Of a stretch of 64,000 nt of DNA, positions 37,755 through 46,560 are shown one piece after another (the first letter of the stretch is position 1; each line of letters starts with the position of its first letter). Under the pieces are notes generated by a model that had not been told where the DNA came from, did not search any database, and was given only the letters and a program-made list of their open reading frames with translations. The stretch is from an uncultured Acidobacteriota bacterium (GTDB taxonomy: Bacteria > Acidobacteriota > Polarisedimenticolia > J045): assembly GCA_963702425.1 (NCBI GenBank), contig CAVPCQ010000003.1, positions 1-64,000 on the forward strand, read 5' to 3'. A program made the translations under genes and the position numbers.

Positions 37755-38449
37755 CCCAGCTCCGGCATCCGCCGCGCCGGGTTGCCGAACCAGAACTCGC
37801 CCGGCGGGACGTCCTTCAGCACGACCGCGCCGGGGCCGATCTTCGCCCACGCGCCGAGCGTCAGCCCGGGCACGAGGGTGGCATTGGTCTGGACCAGAAC
37901 CCCTTCCCCCAGCGTCACGCGGCCGGTGATGTTGACGCCGGGCGCGATCGTCGCATAGTCGCCCAGGCTGCAGTCGTGGCCGATCGTCGCGTTGAGGTTG
38001 ATCGTCGCGTGGCGGCCGATCACGGTGTCGTGCGCAACGATGACGCCGGCGCCGACGACCGCTCCGTCGCCGATGGTCGTGCCCTGGCCGAGGATCGCCG
38101 AGGGGTGGACCGCGGAGGCGAATGGCACGCCCGCCGCCGCGAGCCGCTCGGCGAGCGTGCGCTTGGCGGCGGGGGTCGAGAGCGCGAGCAGCGCGACGAG
38201 CGGCGCCGCTCCGGGCGCACCCGGGCGCGCCGCGGCGGCCCGCGCGATCAGCCAGTCCACGCCGCCCAGCACCGGCAGCCCGCCGACCGTTGCACCGTGC
38301 CGCGCCGGGTCGTCGTCGACGAACCCCAGCGGCTCGGACGCGTCGAGTCCGGCGGCGCGCCGGGCCCTCACGATCTCGAGCGTCCCCCGGCCGTGATCGC
38401 CCGCGCCGACGAACACGAGCCGTTCGGCTCCCCGCACCTGCTCCGTCAT
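37751..38449 (-). CDS. NeuD/PglD/VioB-family sugar acetyltransferase
   Basis: VGAGDHG, GFVDD, VHPSA, IGHDC, hexapeptide repeats, GNPAR. Confidence 0.9.
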   Translation of the reverse strand: MTEQVRGAERLVFVGAGDHGRGTLEIVRARRAAGLDASEPLGFVDDDPARHGATVGGLPVLGGVDWLIARAAAARPGAPGAAPLVALLALSTPAAKRTLAERLAAAGVPFASAVHPSAILGQGTTIGDGAVVGAGVIVAHDTVIGRHATINLNATIGHDCSLGDYATIAPGVNITGRVTLGEGVLVQTNATLVPGLTLGAWAKIGPGAVVLKDVPPGEFWFGNPARRMPELG

Positions 38450-39138
38450 CCGTTCGTCTCCCCGGGCGCCCTCTGGCGTTCCAGTTCCTGCCGCCGCTGC
38501 TTCCAGTAGTCGGCGTCCGCGATCTGGTCGCTCCCCTTCAGGATCGACGGGATCGTCAGCAGGATCGTCTTGACGTCCATCCAGAGCGACAGCCGCGCGA
38601 TGTATGCGAGGTCCAGCCGGATCCGCTCGGGCCAGCGGATCGCGTTGCGCCCATGGACCTGCGCCCAGCCGGTGATGCCAGGACGCACCGCGAGCCGACC
38701 GCGCTGCGCCTCGTCGTAGAGCTCGGCCTGGTAGCGCATCCCCGGCCGCGGGCCGACGATGCTCATGCTGCCTCGCAGGACGTCGAAAACCTGCGCCAGC
38801 TCGTCGAGCGACAGCTTGCGGATCAGCCTCCCGACCCCTGTGATCCGGCGGTCCCCCTTCTCGACCAGGATCCCGGTTCCCGCGTGCTCGGCGCCGACCA
38901 CCATCGAGCGGAACTTCGTCAGGTCGAAGGGGTAGCCGAAGCGGCCGATCCGCTCCTGCCGGTAGAGCACCGGGCCGCCGTCCTCGAGCTTGATCGCCAG
39001 CGCGATCAGCGCCAGCAGCCAGCCGAAGAGCAGGAAGACCGCGACCGCGATCGCCAGGTCGAGCAGGCGCTTGCCGCGCCGCGCGTAGAACCGCGCCGGC
39101 GGCGGGGGGACCCAGCCGAACGGGCCCTGCGGGCTCAT
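38446..39138 (-). CDS. Priming sugar transferase (Bac_transf, PglC/WcaJ-C-like)
   Basis: KRLLDL, KFRSM, SLDELAQ, MSIVGPRP, RPGITGWAQVHGRN. Confidence 0.93.
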   Translation of the reverse strand: MSPQGPFGWVPPPPARFYARRGKRLLDLAIAVAVFLLFGWLLALIALAIKLEDGGPVLYRQERIGRFGYPFDLTKFRSMVVGAEHAGTGILVEKGDRRITGVGRLIRKLSLDELAQVFDVLRGSMSIVGPRPGMRYQAELYDEAQRGRLAVRPGITGWAQVHGRNAIRWPERIRLDLAYIARLSLWMDVKTILLTIPSILKGSDQIADADYWKQRRQELERQRAPGETNG

Positions 39139-40382
39139 GGCCTGCTCCCTGCCGCGCGCACCGCGGGGAGGGCCAGCGGTGCGGTCGGGAAGACGAGCAT
39201 CCGTCCGCCGGCGGGGTGCCGAAGGGCGAGGCGCGCGAGGACTTCGTCCCAGGCGCGGGCGTGGAGGTAACCCTCCCAGAACGACTGCCGGATGTCGGGC
39301 GTTCCGACCCCGGGCGCGAAGACGATCAGCTCGCGGCGGCCGAGGTACTCGCGCTGCACCGGGGTGCGGTAGAGCCGCATCCCGGGCCCGTGCAGGCTAT
39401 GGGTGCCGCGTCCCAGCGGGCAGGCCGCGGCGACGATCACCGTGCCGTCGTCGTGCGCGGGGGGCACGCCGGCACTGCGCCAGGCGTTGAACGCGTTGCC
39501 GAGCTGCAGCACCTCGCCATCCTTGGGGTAGGCGCCGAGCAGGACCGCGTCGGCGCCGGGTTCGATCTCGACGCGGTAGGCGCGGCGCGCCAGTTCGACC
39601 GCGGCCCGGTGCGCGGCCACGGGGTGGCCGAAGTAGCAGCCCAGCGGCTCGCGCCGCGCTCCGGGCACGATGTTGAGCACCGCCGCGAGCCCAGCCGCGA
39701 GCGCGATCTCCTCCATCTCGGCCCGCGCGCGGTTCCCCTCGACGACGCCGAGCCCCGCCCCCGACAGCCCGGTCACCGCGGGGCGGTGGTTCATCTCGAG
39801 CGTTTCGATCCCAGCCAGGCCCGGCAACACGATCTTCCCGCCGCCGCCGAACCCGGCGTAGGGGTGCGGCACCACCGAGCCGACCGCGAGCTTCACGTCG
39901 GCCTCGGCGAACAGCCGGTTGATCTTCACCGGCAGGCCGCCCCGCGAGGTCCCGAGGTCGACGAGGTTCTCGTAGGGGTGGTGGTTGCTGACGTCGCAGC
40001 GCGCGAGCACGCGCTCGCCCAGCTTGAGCCGCAGCGCGTCGCGCTGGAGCGGCGCGTGGCCGCCGACCGCGACCAGCACGCGGATCCGCTCCGGGAGGAT
40101 CCCGGCCGCCTCGAGCCGGTCGACGATCGCCTCCAGCGCCGGGGCGACGAGCGCCGGGCGCGTGATGTCCTCGACGGCGACCGCCGCGCTGCGCGCGCCG
40201 CGCGCCAGCTCGGCGAGCCCGGGCGCGCCGATCGGCGCCGCCAGTGCGGCCTCGAGCGACGGGCCGAGGGCGGCGGACGAGACCTCGGCGACGTCGACCG
40301 TCCAGCCGGCCGGCAGCGGCAGTTCGAGGGTGCGCTCGTCGAACCAGGCGCTCCACGGGATCCGCACGACGGGGCGGCTCAT
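39135..40382 (-). CDS. LarA-family (lactate racemase / nickel-pincer epimerase) protein
   Basis: PIGAPGL, EDITRP, GGH, NHHP, VPHPYAGFGGGGKIVLPG, NH: the LarA N-terminal signature motifs. Confidence 0.85.
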   Translation of the reverse strand: MSRPVVRIPWSAWFDERTLELPLPAGWTVDVAEVSSAALGPSLEAALAAPIGAPGLAELARGARSAAVAVEDITRPALVAPALEAIVDRLEAAGILPERIRVLVAVGGHAPLQRDALRLKLGERVLARCDVSNHHPYENLVDLGTSRGGLPVKINRLFAEADVKLAVGSVVPHPYAGFGGGGKIVLPGLAGIETLEMNHRPAVTGLSGAGLGVVEGNRARAEMEEIALAAGLAAVLNIVPGARREPLGCYFGHPVAAHRAAVELARRAYRVEIEPGADAVLLGAYPKDGEVLQLGNAFNAWRSAGVPPAHDDGTVIVAAACPLGRGTHSLHGPGMRLYRTPVQREYLGRRELIVFAPGVGTPDIRQSFWEGYLHARAWDEVLARLALRHPAGGRMLVFPTAPLALPAVRAAGSRP

Positions 40383-41698
40383 CGGTGCGTCTCCGTCGGG
40401 CCCGGCACCGCGGGTCGCGCGGCGGCCGGGTGGGGGACGGGACGCGGCCCCGCGTCGCCGCCGGCGAGCGGCTCGGCCGGCAGACCCGTCGCGTCGCCGA
40501 AGGCCCGGGTCAGCTCGCGCGCGAGGTCCTCGCGCCGGTAGCGCTCGAGGATGTAGCGCCGTCCCGCGGCGCCCATCCGCTCGCGCCGCGCCGGGTCCAT
40601 CGCCGCCAGCTGGCGGATCGCGTCGGCCAGCAGCTCCGGCACCTCGGGCGGGACGACCAGCCCGCACTGGGCGTCGCGGACCAGCTCGGCCATCTCTCCT
40701 TCGGCGCCGACGACGACCGGCCGCCCGGCAGCGAGGTAGTCGAAGATCTTGTTCGCCAGGACCATCCGCTGGAACGGGTGGTTCCAGGTCACGACGACAC
40801 AGCACGAGGCGCGGCAGAGCTCTTCGAAGGCTTCGGTCTTGGGGAGCGCGCCGGTGAACCGCAGGCGCGTCAGCCCGTGCTTGGCGGCCCGCGCCTCGAG
40901 CGACTCCAGGTCGTCGCCGTCGCCGATGAAGAGGAACTCGATCGACGGCTCATCGGCCAGGATCGCCGCCGCATCGACGACCTGCGCGAGGCCGTTCCAC
41001 CTGCCGTGGGCGCCGCAGTAGACGACCGTGAACCGATCTGCCGGGGCGGCCGGTCGCGGGCGCGAGGCGGCGTCGATCATCCAGTCGTCGACGCCGTTCG
41101 GCACCAGCATCGTCCGGCCGACCGGAACCCCTTCCCGGATCAGTCCCTCCTGGATACCGCGTGTCACCGCGACGACCTTCCCGGCGCGCGCATAGAGCCA
41201 GCGCGCGAGCTTCGCCGCGGCGCGGGCGCCGCGCGAGCGCTCTCTCAGCACGCCGGCGACGATCGCCGACTGCGGCCAGAGGTCGCGGACCTCGAAGAAG
41301 AACGGGACGCCGCGCACGACCGCCGCGAGCCGCCCCGGCAGGCCCACGGTGAGCGGCGTCGAGGAGGCGAAGACGACGTCGGCCGGCCCAGCCCGCACGA
41401 CGCCGATCAGCCCGGCGACGGCGGCGAAGCTGAGGAAGTTGAGGATCCGCTTGCGGTACGAGTCGCGGATCCCGGCGTACGACCAGACCCGCAGCACCCG
41501 GATCCCGTCCACCGTCTCCGCCGTCACGAGCCGCCCGCGGTACTGCTCCGGCACCGTCAGCGTCTTGTGGTTGACGGCGCCGGTGACGATCGTCACCTCG
41601 TGCCCCTGCCGGGTCCAGGCACGCGCGAACTGGTAGGCCCGCGATCCGCCCGGCTCGTGCGGCAGGTTGAAGTACTGCACGAAGTAGAGGATCCGCAT
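40379..41698 (-). CDS. Glycosyltransferase family 4 (WbuB-like)
   Basis: MRILYFVQYF, ASSTPL, FEVRDLWPQS, NKIFDYLAAGRPV. Confidence 0.92.
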   Translation of the reverse strand: MRILYFVQYFNLPHEPGGSRAYQFARAWTRQGHEVTIVTGAVNHKTLTVPEQYRGRLVTAETVDGIRVLRVWSYAGIRDSYRKRILNFLSFAAVAGLIGVVRAGPADVVFASSTPLTVGLPGRLAAVVRGVPFFFEVRDLWPQSAIVAGVLRERSRGARAAAKLARWLYARAGKVVAVTRGIQEGLIREGVPVGRTMLVPNGVDDWMIDAASRPRPAAPADRFTVVYCGAHGRWNGLAQVVDAAAILADEPSIEFLFIGDGDDLESLEARAAKHGLTRLRFTGALPKTEAFEELCRASCCVVVTWNHPFQRMVLANKIFDYLAAGRPVVVGAEGEMAELVRDAQCGLVVPPEVPELLADAIRQLAAMDPARRERMGAAGRRYILERYRREDLARELTRAFGDATGLPAEPLAGGDAGPRPVPHPAAARPAVPGPTETHR

Positions 41699-43059
41699 CA
41701 GCCGTTCCCCGACACCACGACCTCGGCCCCGGCCCGGTCGACCCGGCCGCCGATCTCGCGCTGCGCTTCGAGCAGGAACCGGTGGAACGGGCCGTCGGCG
41801 TTGTCCGGGTCGTTGTACGGAAGGAACGGCGCCCCGGCCGCGCCGGCTGCGCGGGTCGCGGGGAGCAGCACCTCGCGCGCGGCGACGGCGTCGAGCGTCA
41901 CCGGCTCGCGCGCCGCGAGCACGACCCCGGGCCGCGCGGCCATGTCGGGATGGGTGCGCGAGCCCCAGCCGATCCACTCCGCGGTCACCAGGTGCAGGTC
42001 GGGGGCCCGCACGGTGCGCATCAGGTGGCCCAGCGCGCCGCCGGTGTGCTGGAAGTCGAGCGCCTTCTCCTCGGGCAGCAGGGCGTGGAAGGCGCGCTTC
42101 ACCGGACCGGCCTGGCGCGCGGCCCAGCGCCAGGTGCGGTGCGACGGCCGCATCCCGACGTAGTGGGTGTTGAACCAGCCCGGCGGCTCCGTTCCGTGGA
42201 AGCCGCAGGTCATGTCGACCACCCCCATCAGGTTCTTGATCGCCGCCGTGACGCCCGCGTAGCGGCTGTGGTGGCAGATCGACGAGACGTTCCAGAAGCG
42301 GAGCGGGCGGCCGGTGAAGGCGCCGTCCCGCCACACGCCGCGCTTCAGGTCGACGACGTCGCCGCTGACCGGCGAGCTGAAGACCGGCCAGGTCATCGCG
42401 CAGCGGTTCCCCTCGGGCGTGACATGGCAGTCCTCGAGGTCCCAGACGTAGCCGTCCCCCTCGCCCGGGCCGCTGACGCGGCGGCCGTTCCCGGCCGGAA
42501 ACTGCCACGGCTCGGGGTTGGGGCCGGCATCGTGCCAGTGGACCTTGCCGACGTTCGCCGCGCCGGCCGCTCGGAAATGCTCGACCAGCTCGTCGTAGTT
42601 GAAGCGCCCGTTGCGCTTGTCGGTGGTCCAGGCCCGCGCGACCGGCTCGGTGAAGTGGTGGTTGTCGGCCAGCAGGACTTCGCCCGCAAAGCCGCCCGGC
42701 CGCTCGAGGATCGCGCGGACCAGCTCCGCCAGGACGTCGGTGTTGCTCATCCCCTGCGAGTGCCACTGGGCGTTGACCTTGATCACGACCAGGTCGTCCG
42801 GCCCGACGAGTTGCGCCGCGCCGCCCCAGCCGTCGAGCGCGGCGCGCGCGTTGCGCTCGGGCGAGCCGGCGCGAGCCAGCACGACGCGCCCGGGCTGCGC
42901 GGCTCCAGCCGCGCGCCGTGGCTCGCCCGGGCAGCCCGATGGCGTGGTCACGGACTCGTCGCCCTGCTTCGCACGACAGCCGGCGCCGGCAAGCCCCGCT
43001 CCCGTCGCGAGCAGGAACCCGCGGCGCGCCAGCCTCGTCCCCTTCGGCTGCGTCGCCAC
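41698..43059 (-). CDS. Tat-exported (lipo)protein, DUF362 family
   Basis: ARRGFL twin-arginine motif, LAGAGC lipobox-like; DDLVVIKVNAQW, MSNTDVL, GVTAAIKN. Confidence 0.75.
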   Translation of the reverse strand: MATQPKGTRLARRGFLLATGAGLAGAGCRAKQGDESVTTPSGCPGEPRRAAGAAQPGRVVLARAGSPERNARAALDGWGGAAQLVGPDDLVVIKVNAQWHSQGMSNTDVLAELVRAILERPGGFAGEVLLADNHHFTEPVARAWTTDKRNGRFNYDELVEHFRAAGAANVGKVHWHDAGPNPEPWQFPAGNGRRVSGPGEGDGYVWDLEDCHVTPEGNRCAMTWPVFSSPVSGDVVDLKRGVWRDGAFTGRPLRFWNVSSICHHSRYAGVTAAIKNLMGVVDMTCGFHGTEPPGWFNTHYVGMRPSHRTWRWAARQAGPVKRAFHALLPEEKALDFQHTGGALGHLMRTVRAPDLHLVTAEWIGWGSRTHPDMAARPGVVLAAREPVTLDAVAAREVLLPATRAAGAAGAPFLPYNDPDNADGPFHRFLLEAQREIGGRVDRAGAEVVVSGNG

Positions 43060-43070
43060 GACGCGCCCGG

Positions 43071-43322
43071 TCAGGCTTCCGCGGGCGCTTGCTTTCGCCG
43101 GACGTAGGCCTCCACCTTGGCCAGGCTGTCCATGTTCTCGAGGTTGATCTCGTCGGGCTCGACGCCGATCTCGAAGCGCTCCTCGAGGAAGGACACCAGC
43201 TCCAGCACGCCCGTCGAGTCGAGGATGCCGGCCTCGACAAAAGAGGTCTCCGGCACGAGCGCAACCTCGCCGAAGATGAAGTTCTCGCGAACGAACTGCT
43301 CGATCTCTTCTCGCACGTTCAT
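43071..43322 (-). CDS. Acyl carrier protein
   Basis: MNVREEIEQFVRENF, GILDSTGVLELV, ENMDSL; overlaps the asnB stop. Confidence 0.92.
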   Translation of the reverse strand: MNVREEIEQFVRENFIFGEVALVPETSFVEAGILDSTGVLELVSFLEERFEIGVEPDEINLENMDSLAKVEAYVRRKQAPAEA

Positions 43323-45352
43323 CTCGGTCCCGTCCGCTCCGCGTCCTGCGCCGGCCCCCCCGGGGGCCCGGCGGTTTCGTCCGTCAGCTCGCGCAGCGGG
43401 AAGCGCGCGGCATCGGCCGCGACCTCCCCGGCGGCGCCGCGGCGCCAGGCGCGCGCGAGCAGCTGGGCGGACAGTATGCCTACGAATGCCATGTTTTCCC
43501 GCTCGCCGAGCGGCCGCCCGGCGAAGGCCTTCGCCGCCAGGCCGGCCACCCGCCCCGGATCGAACAGCTCGTGGTCGGCCACGGCGGCCGAGGAGAGCAG
43601 CTCCTCCGCCATCGCGCGCCCGGACCCCTGGAGGAAGCTCCTGACGTTCGGCGCGGTGTACGGTCGCTTCGCCCGCTCGAGCACGGCCGGCGGGACGAGG
43701 TCCGCCACGGCGCGCCGCAGCAGCCACTTCTCGGACAGCCCGCGCAGCTTGAGTGCCGGGTGCAGGCGCTGTCCGAATTCGACGATCCGGTAGTCGAGGA
43801 ACGGGTAGCGCCCCTCGACGCCGTGGCCGAGGCTCATCCGGTCGCCCTGCGAGGCGAGCAGGTGCCCGGCGAGGAAGAGCTTGAACTCGAGGTATTCGGC
43901 CCGGGCCAGTGGCGAGCGCCCGGCCAGCGCCGGCCCGAAGGCCGCCAGCGCCTCTTCCTGGGGATCGTGGGCCGCTGCGGCCGCGGCCAGCATCGCGCCG
44001 TAGAAGACCCGGTTGCGGGCCCCGTTGCGCCAGGTCGGGCGGTGCGAGAAGCCGGGGTCGTCCGGCCGCTCGATCCCCTCGCGGTAGAAGGCCTCGAAGA
44101 AGGCCACGGCGCGGTCGTTCGCTCCCGGCGCGAACGGGTAGAGCCGTCGCAGCAGGGCCGGGCGGATCTCCGAGTCGGGGCGCCGAGCCCACCACTGCCG
44201 GATCTTCGTCTCCTTGAAGATGTCGTAGCCGCCGAAGACCTCGTCCGCGCCCTCGCCGGTCAGCACGACCTTCGTGCCGTGCGAGCGGACCAGCTGGGCC
44301 AGCAGGTAGAGCGGGACCGGTGCGGTGCGGAGCATCGGCTTCTCGGCCAGCTCGACGACCCGCGGGAAGGCCGACGCGATGTCCTCGTAGGTCACCTCGA
44401 CCTGGTGGTGACGGGTGCCGAGCGCCCGGACCGCCAGCTCCTGCTCGGCCCGCTCGTCGTATTCGCGGTCGGTGAAGGTCACCGAGTAGGTCTCGAGCGG
44501 GGTGTCGGTGAGCGCACGCACCAGCGCCGTCGCGGCGGTCGAGTCGAGCCCTCCCGACAGGTAGGCCCCGACCGGCACGTCGGCGCGCAGCCGCAGCAGG
44601 ACCGAGTCCTCGAGCAGCGCGCGCAGCTCGGCCGCTGCCGCGCGCTCGTCGGTGAGCAGCGCGTCGGCCGGCGGCGGCGCGGGGACGTCCCAGTAGCGCG
44701 CGATCCGCGTCGGACGCCCCTGCTCCGCCACCAGCAGGTGGCCGGGCGGGAGCTCGTTCACCCCGGCCGCAACGGTGCGCGGTGGGAAGGTCGTCCAGAG
44801 CACGAAGCACTGGTCGAGGCCGAGCGGGTCGATCCGCGCCGGCAGCCCGGCCGCGAAGAGCGCCTTGATCTCCGAGGCGAACAGCAGCCGCCCCTCGTGC
44901 TCGGCCCAGTAGAGCGGGCGGATCCCGAGCCGGTCGCGCGCCAGCAGCAGCCGGCGCCGCCGCGCGTCCCACAGCGCGAGCGCGAAGTTGCCGTTGCAGC
45001 GCTCGACGAAGGCGTCGCCCCACTCCTCGTAGGCGTGGACCAGGACCTCGGTATCGGAGCGGGTCCGGAAACGGTGCCCCTTGGCTTCCAGGAGCGGCCG
45101 CAGCTCGACGTAGTTATAGACCTCGCCGTTGTAGGTGATCCAGATCGAGCCGTCTTCGTTGGGCAGCGGCTGCGCGCCGCCGGCGATGTCGATGATCGAC
45201 AGCCGGGCGTGGGCCAGCCCCGCGGGCGGGTCGAGCCGGAGGCCGAAGCCGTCCGGGCCGCGGTGCTCGACGCAGGCGATCATGCGTGCGAGCTCCTCGC
45301 GGCGCGGCGGCCGCGACCCGCTTCGGTCGACGATCCCCGCGATCCCGCACAT
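43319..45352 (-). CDS. asnB: Asparagine synthase (glutamine-hydrolysing)-family amidotransferase
   Basis: MCGIAG, HRGPDG, NGEVYN, YLSGGLDS, GEGADE, VEGRYPFLD. Confidence 0.95.
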   Translation of the reverse strand: MCGIAGIVDRSGSRPPRREELARMIACVEHRGPDGFGLRLDPPAGLAHARLSIIDIAGGAQPLPNEDGSIWITYNGEVYNYVELRPLLEAKGHRFRTRSDTEVLVHAYEEWGDAFVERCNGNFALALWDARRRRLLLARDRLGIRPLYWAEHEGRLLFASEIKALFAAGLPARIDPLGLDQCFVLWTTFPPRTVAAGVNELPPGHLLVAEQGRPTRIARYWDVPAPPPADALLTDERAAAAELRALLEDSVLLRLRADVPVGAYLSGGLDSTAATALVRALTDTPLETYSVTFTDREYDERAEQELAVRALGTRHHQVEVTYEDIASAFPRVVELAEKPMLRTAPVPLYLLAQLVRSHGTKVVLTGEGADEVFGGYDIFKETKIRQWWARRPDSEIRPALLRRLYPFAPGANDRAVAFFEAFYREGIERPDDPGFSHRPTWRNGARNRVFYGAMLAAAAAAHDPQEEALAAFGPALAGRSPLARAEYLEFKLFLAGHLLASQGDRMSLGHGVEGRYPFLDYRIVEFGQRLHPALKLRGLSEKWLLRRAVADLVPPAVLERAKRPYTAPNVRSFLQGSGRAMAEELLSSAAVADHELFDPGRVAGLAAKAFAGRPLGERENMAFVGILSAQLLARAWRRGAAGEVAADAARFPLRELTDETAGPPGGPAQDAERTGPR

Positions 45353-45355
45353 TCC

Positions 45356-46129
45356 CTACGGCTCCTGGTTGTCGAGCAGTTGTTCGGGAGGGACCTCCCG
45401 GACGACCCGCGCCGGGGCGCCGACGACGATCATCCGGGCCGGGACGTCCTTCGTGACCACGGCGCCGGCGGCGACCAGCGCGTCGGCTCCGACCGTGATC
45501 CCGGGGAGGAAGGTCACGTTGGCACCGACGCGGGCCCCGCGCTCGAGCGTGACGCCGCCGAAGTGCTGGAACCGTGCTTTCGTGCGCCCGAGGTAGTTGT
45601 CGTTGGTGAAGGTCACCTCGGGCGCGATGAAGCAGCCCTCGCCGATCGTGGAGAGGGCCGTGATGTAGGCCTCGGTCTCGATCTTGCAGCGCGGACCGAT
45701 CGTGACCTTGTTCTCGACCGTCACGCCGCGCCCGATGATCGTCCGCGCCCCGATCGAGACCTCCTCGCGGACGGTCGCCTGGTCCGCGAGCATCACCTGC
45801 GGCCCGATCGAAGCGCCGCGGTAGACGATCACCGCCGCCCCCAGCAGGCAGTCGTTCGCGATCGTCAGCGGCGGCAGCGGCTTGAGCTGCGTCACCGCCG
45901 ACGCCGCCGCCTTCATCGGCAGCTTTCCGAGCACCGCGTGGTCGTCGATCCGCACGCCGTCCCCGACGACGACGTCCTCGTGGACGACGACGTAGCAGCC
46001 GATCGTGCAGCGCACCCCGATCCGTGCCCCCGCCATGACGACGGACCCGTGGCCGAGAGTCGTCCCCTCGCCCACCGTCGCGGTGGGATGGACCAGGGCC
46101 TGCCCGAACTCGCCCTGTACAACGCTCAC
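45356..46129 (-). CDS. Hexapeptide-repeat N-acetyltransferase (WbpD/WlbB-like)
   Basis: Long LbH repeats; FIAPEVTFTND, RVGANVTFLPG, GAVVTKDVP, VGAPAR; GAGG upstream of GTG 46129. Confidence 0.88.
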   Translation of the reverse strand: MSVVQGEFGQALVHPTATVGEGTTLGHGSVVMAGARIGVRCTIGCYVVVHEDVVVGDGVRIDDHAVLGKLPMKAAASAVTQLKPLPPLTIANDCLLGAAVIVYRGASIGPQVMLADQATVREEVSIGARTIIGRGVTVENKVTIGPRCKIETEAYITALSTIGEGCFIAPEVTFTNDNYLGRTKARFQHFGGVTLERGARVGANVTFLPGITVGADALVAAGAVVTKDVPARMIVVGAPARVVREVPPEQLLDNQEP

Positions 46130-46243
46130 ACGTCCTCCGCGCCTACCGGCGCCCCTGGCGCCGGCAGGCTCAGCGAGGAAGGCCCCTCTTCGGCCGCCCG
46201 TCACCGCCGCGCCGCGACCGGTGCGGCCGCGAGCGGCGCCGGG

Positions 46244-46453
46244 TCACGCCTGCACCCGGTTCCGCTCCAGCCACGCCAGCAGCTCCGACTTCTTGTAGCG
46301 GAGCGAAGAGGTGCGCCCGGACCCGACCCGGTACGCCGGAAGCTGGTTGCTCTTGGTGAGCTCCCAGAGCTTCGTGCGCCCGATCTTCAGGAACTCCTGC
46401 GCCTCCCGGCTGGTGAGGATTTCGTCTTCACGTTCGATCATCTCGGAGGCCAT
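46244..46453 (-). CDS. Excisionase-like helix-turn-helix (HTH_17) DNA-binding protein
   Basis: AAGGAG RBS; ILTSREAQEFLKIGRTKLWEL...LPAYRVG...LRYKKSELLAWL; 69 aa. Confidence 0.9.
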   Translation of the reverse strand: MASEMIEREDEILTSREAQEFLKIGRTKLWELTKSNQLPAYRVGSGRTSSLRYKKSELLAWLERNRVQA

Positions 46454-46560
46454 CGTGTTGCTCCTTGTTGCGTTCCGGGACGGCGTCACGCCGTCATCCG
46501 GGTTCCCCGGCAGGTGGACCGTGGTATATACAGGGCCTTCCTCGCGGAGGCCGCAGCCCG

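Noticed and set aside
35151-37850. Apparent 899-aa deacetylase-CoA ligase fusion
   Set aside because: Adding one base to the G6 run at 36532-36537 gives a natural end (PPAGGKPIGGEI*) 4 nt before an ATG with an RBS; probably two genes joined by an indel error.
24401-45352. The two AsnB proteins as lasso cyclases for the 55915 peptide
   Set aside because: Both keep a full Ntn glutaminase domain starting MCGIAG and sit among glycosyltransferases; no B2 peptidase is adjacent. They are typical EPS amidotransferases.
46244-46453. Prophage or ICE signalled by the excisionase-like gene
   Set aside because: No integrase, att sites or phage genes nearby; the flanks are EPS genes.
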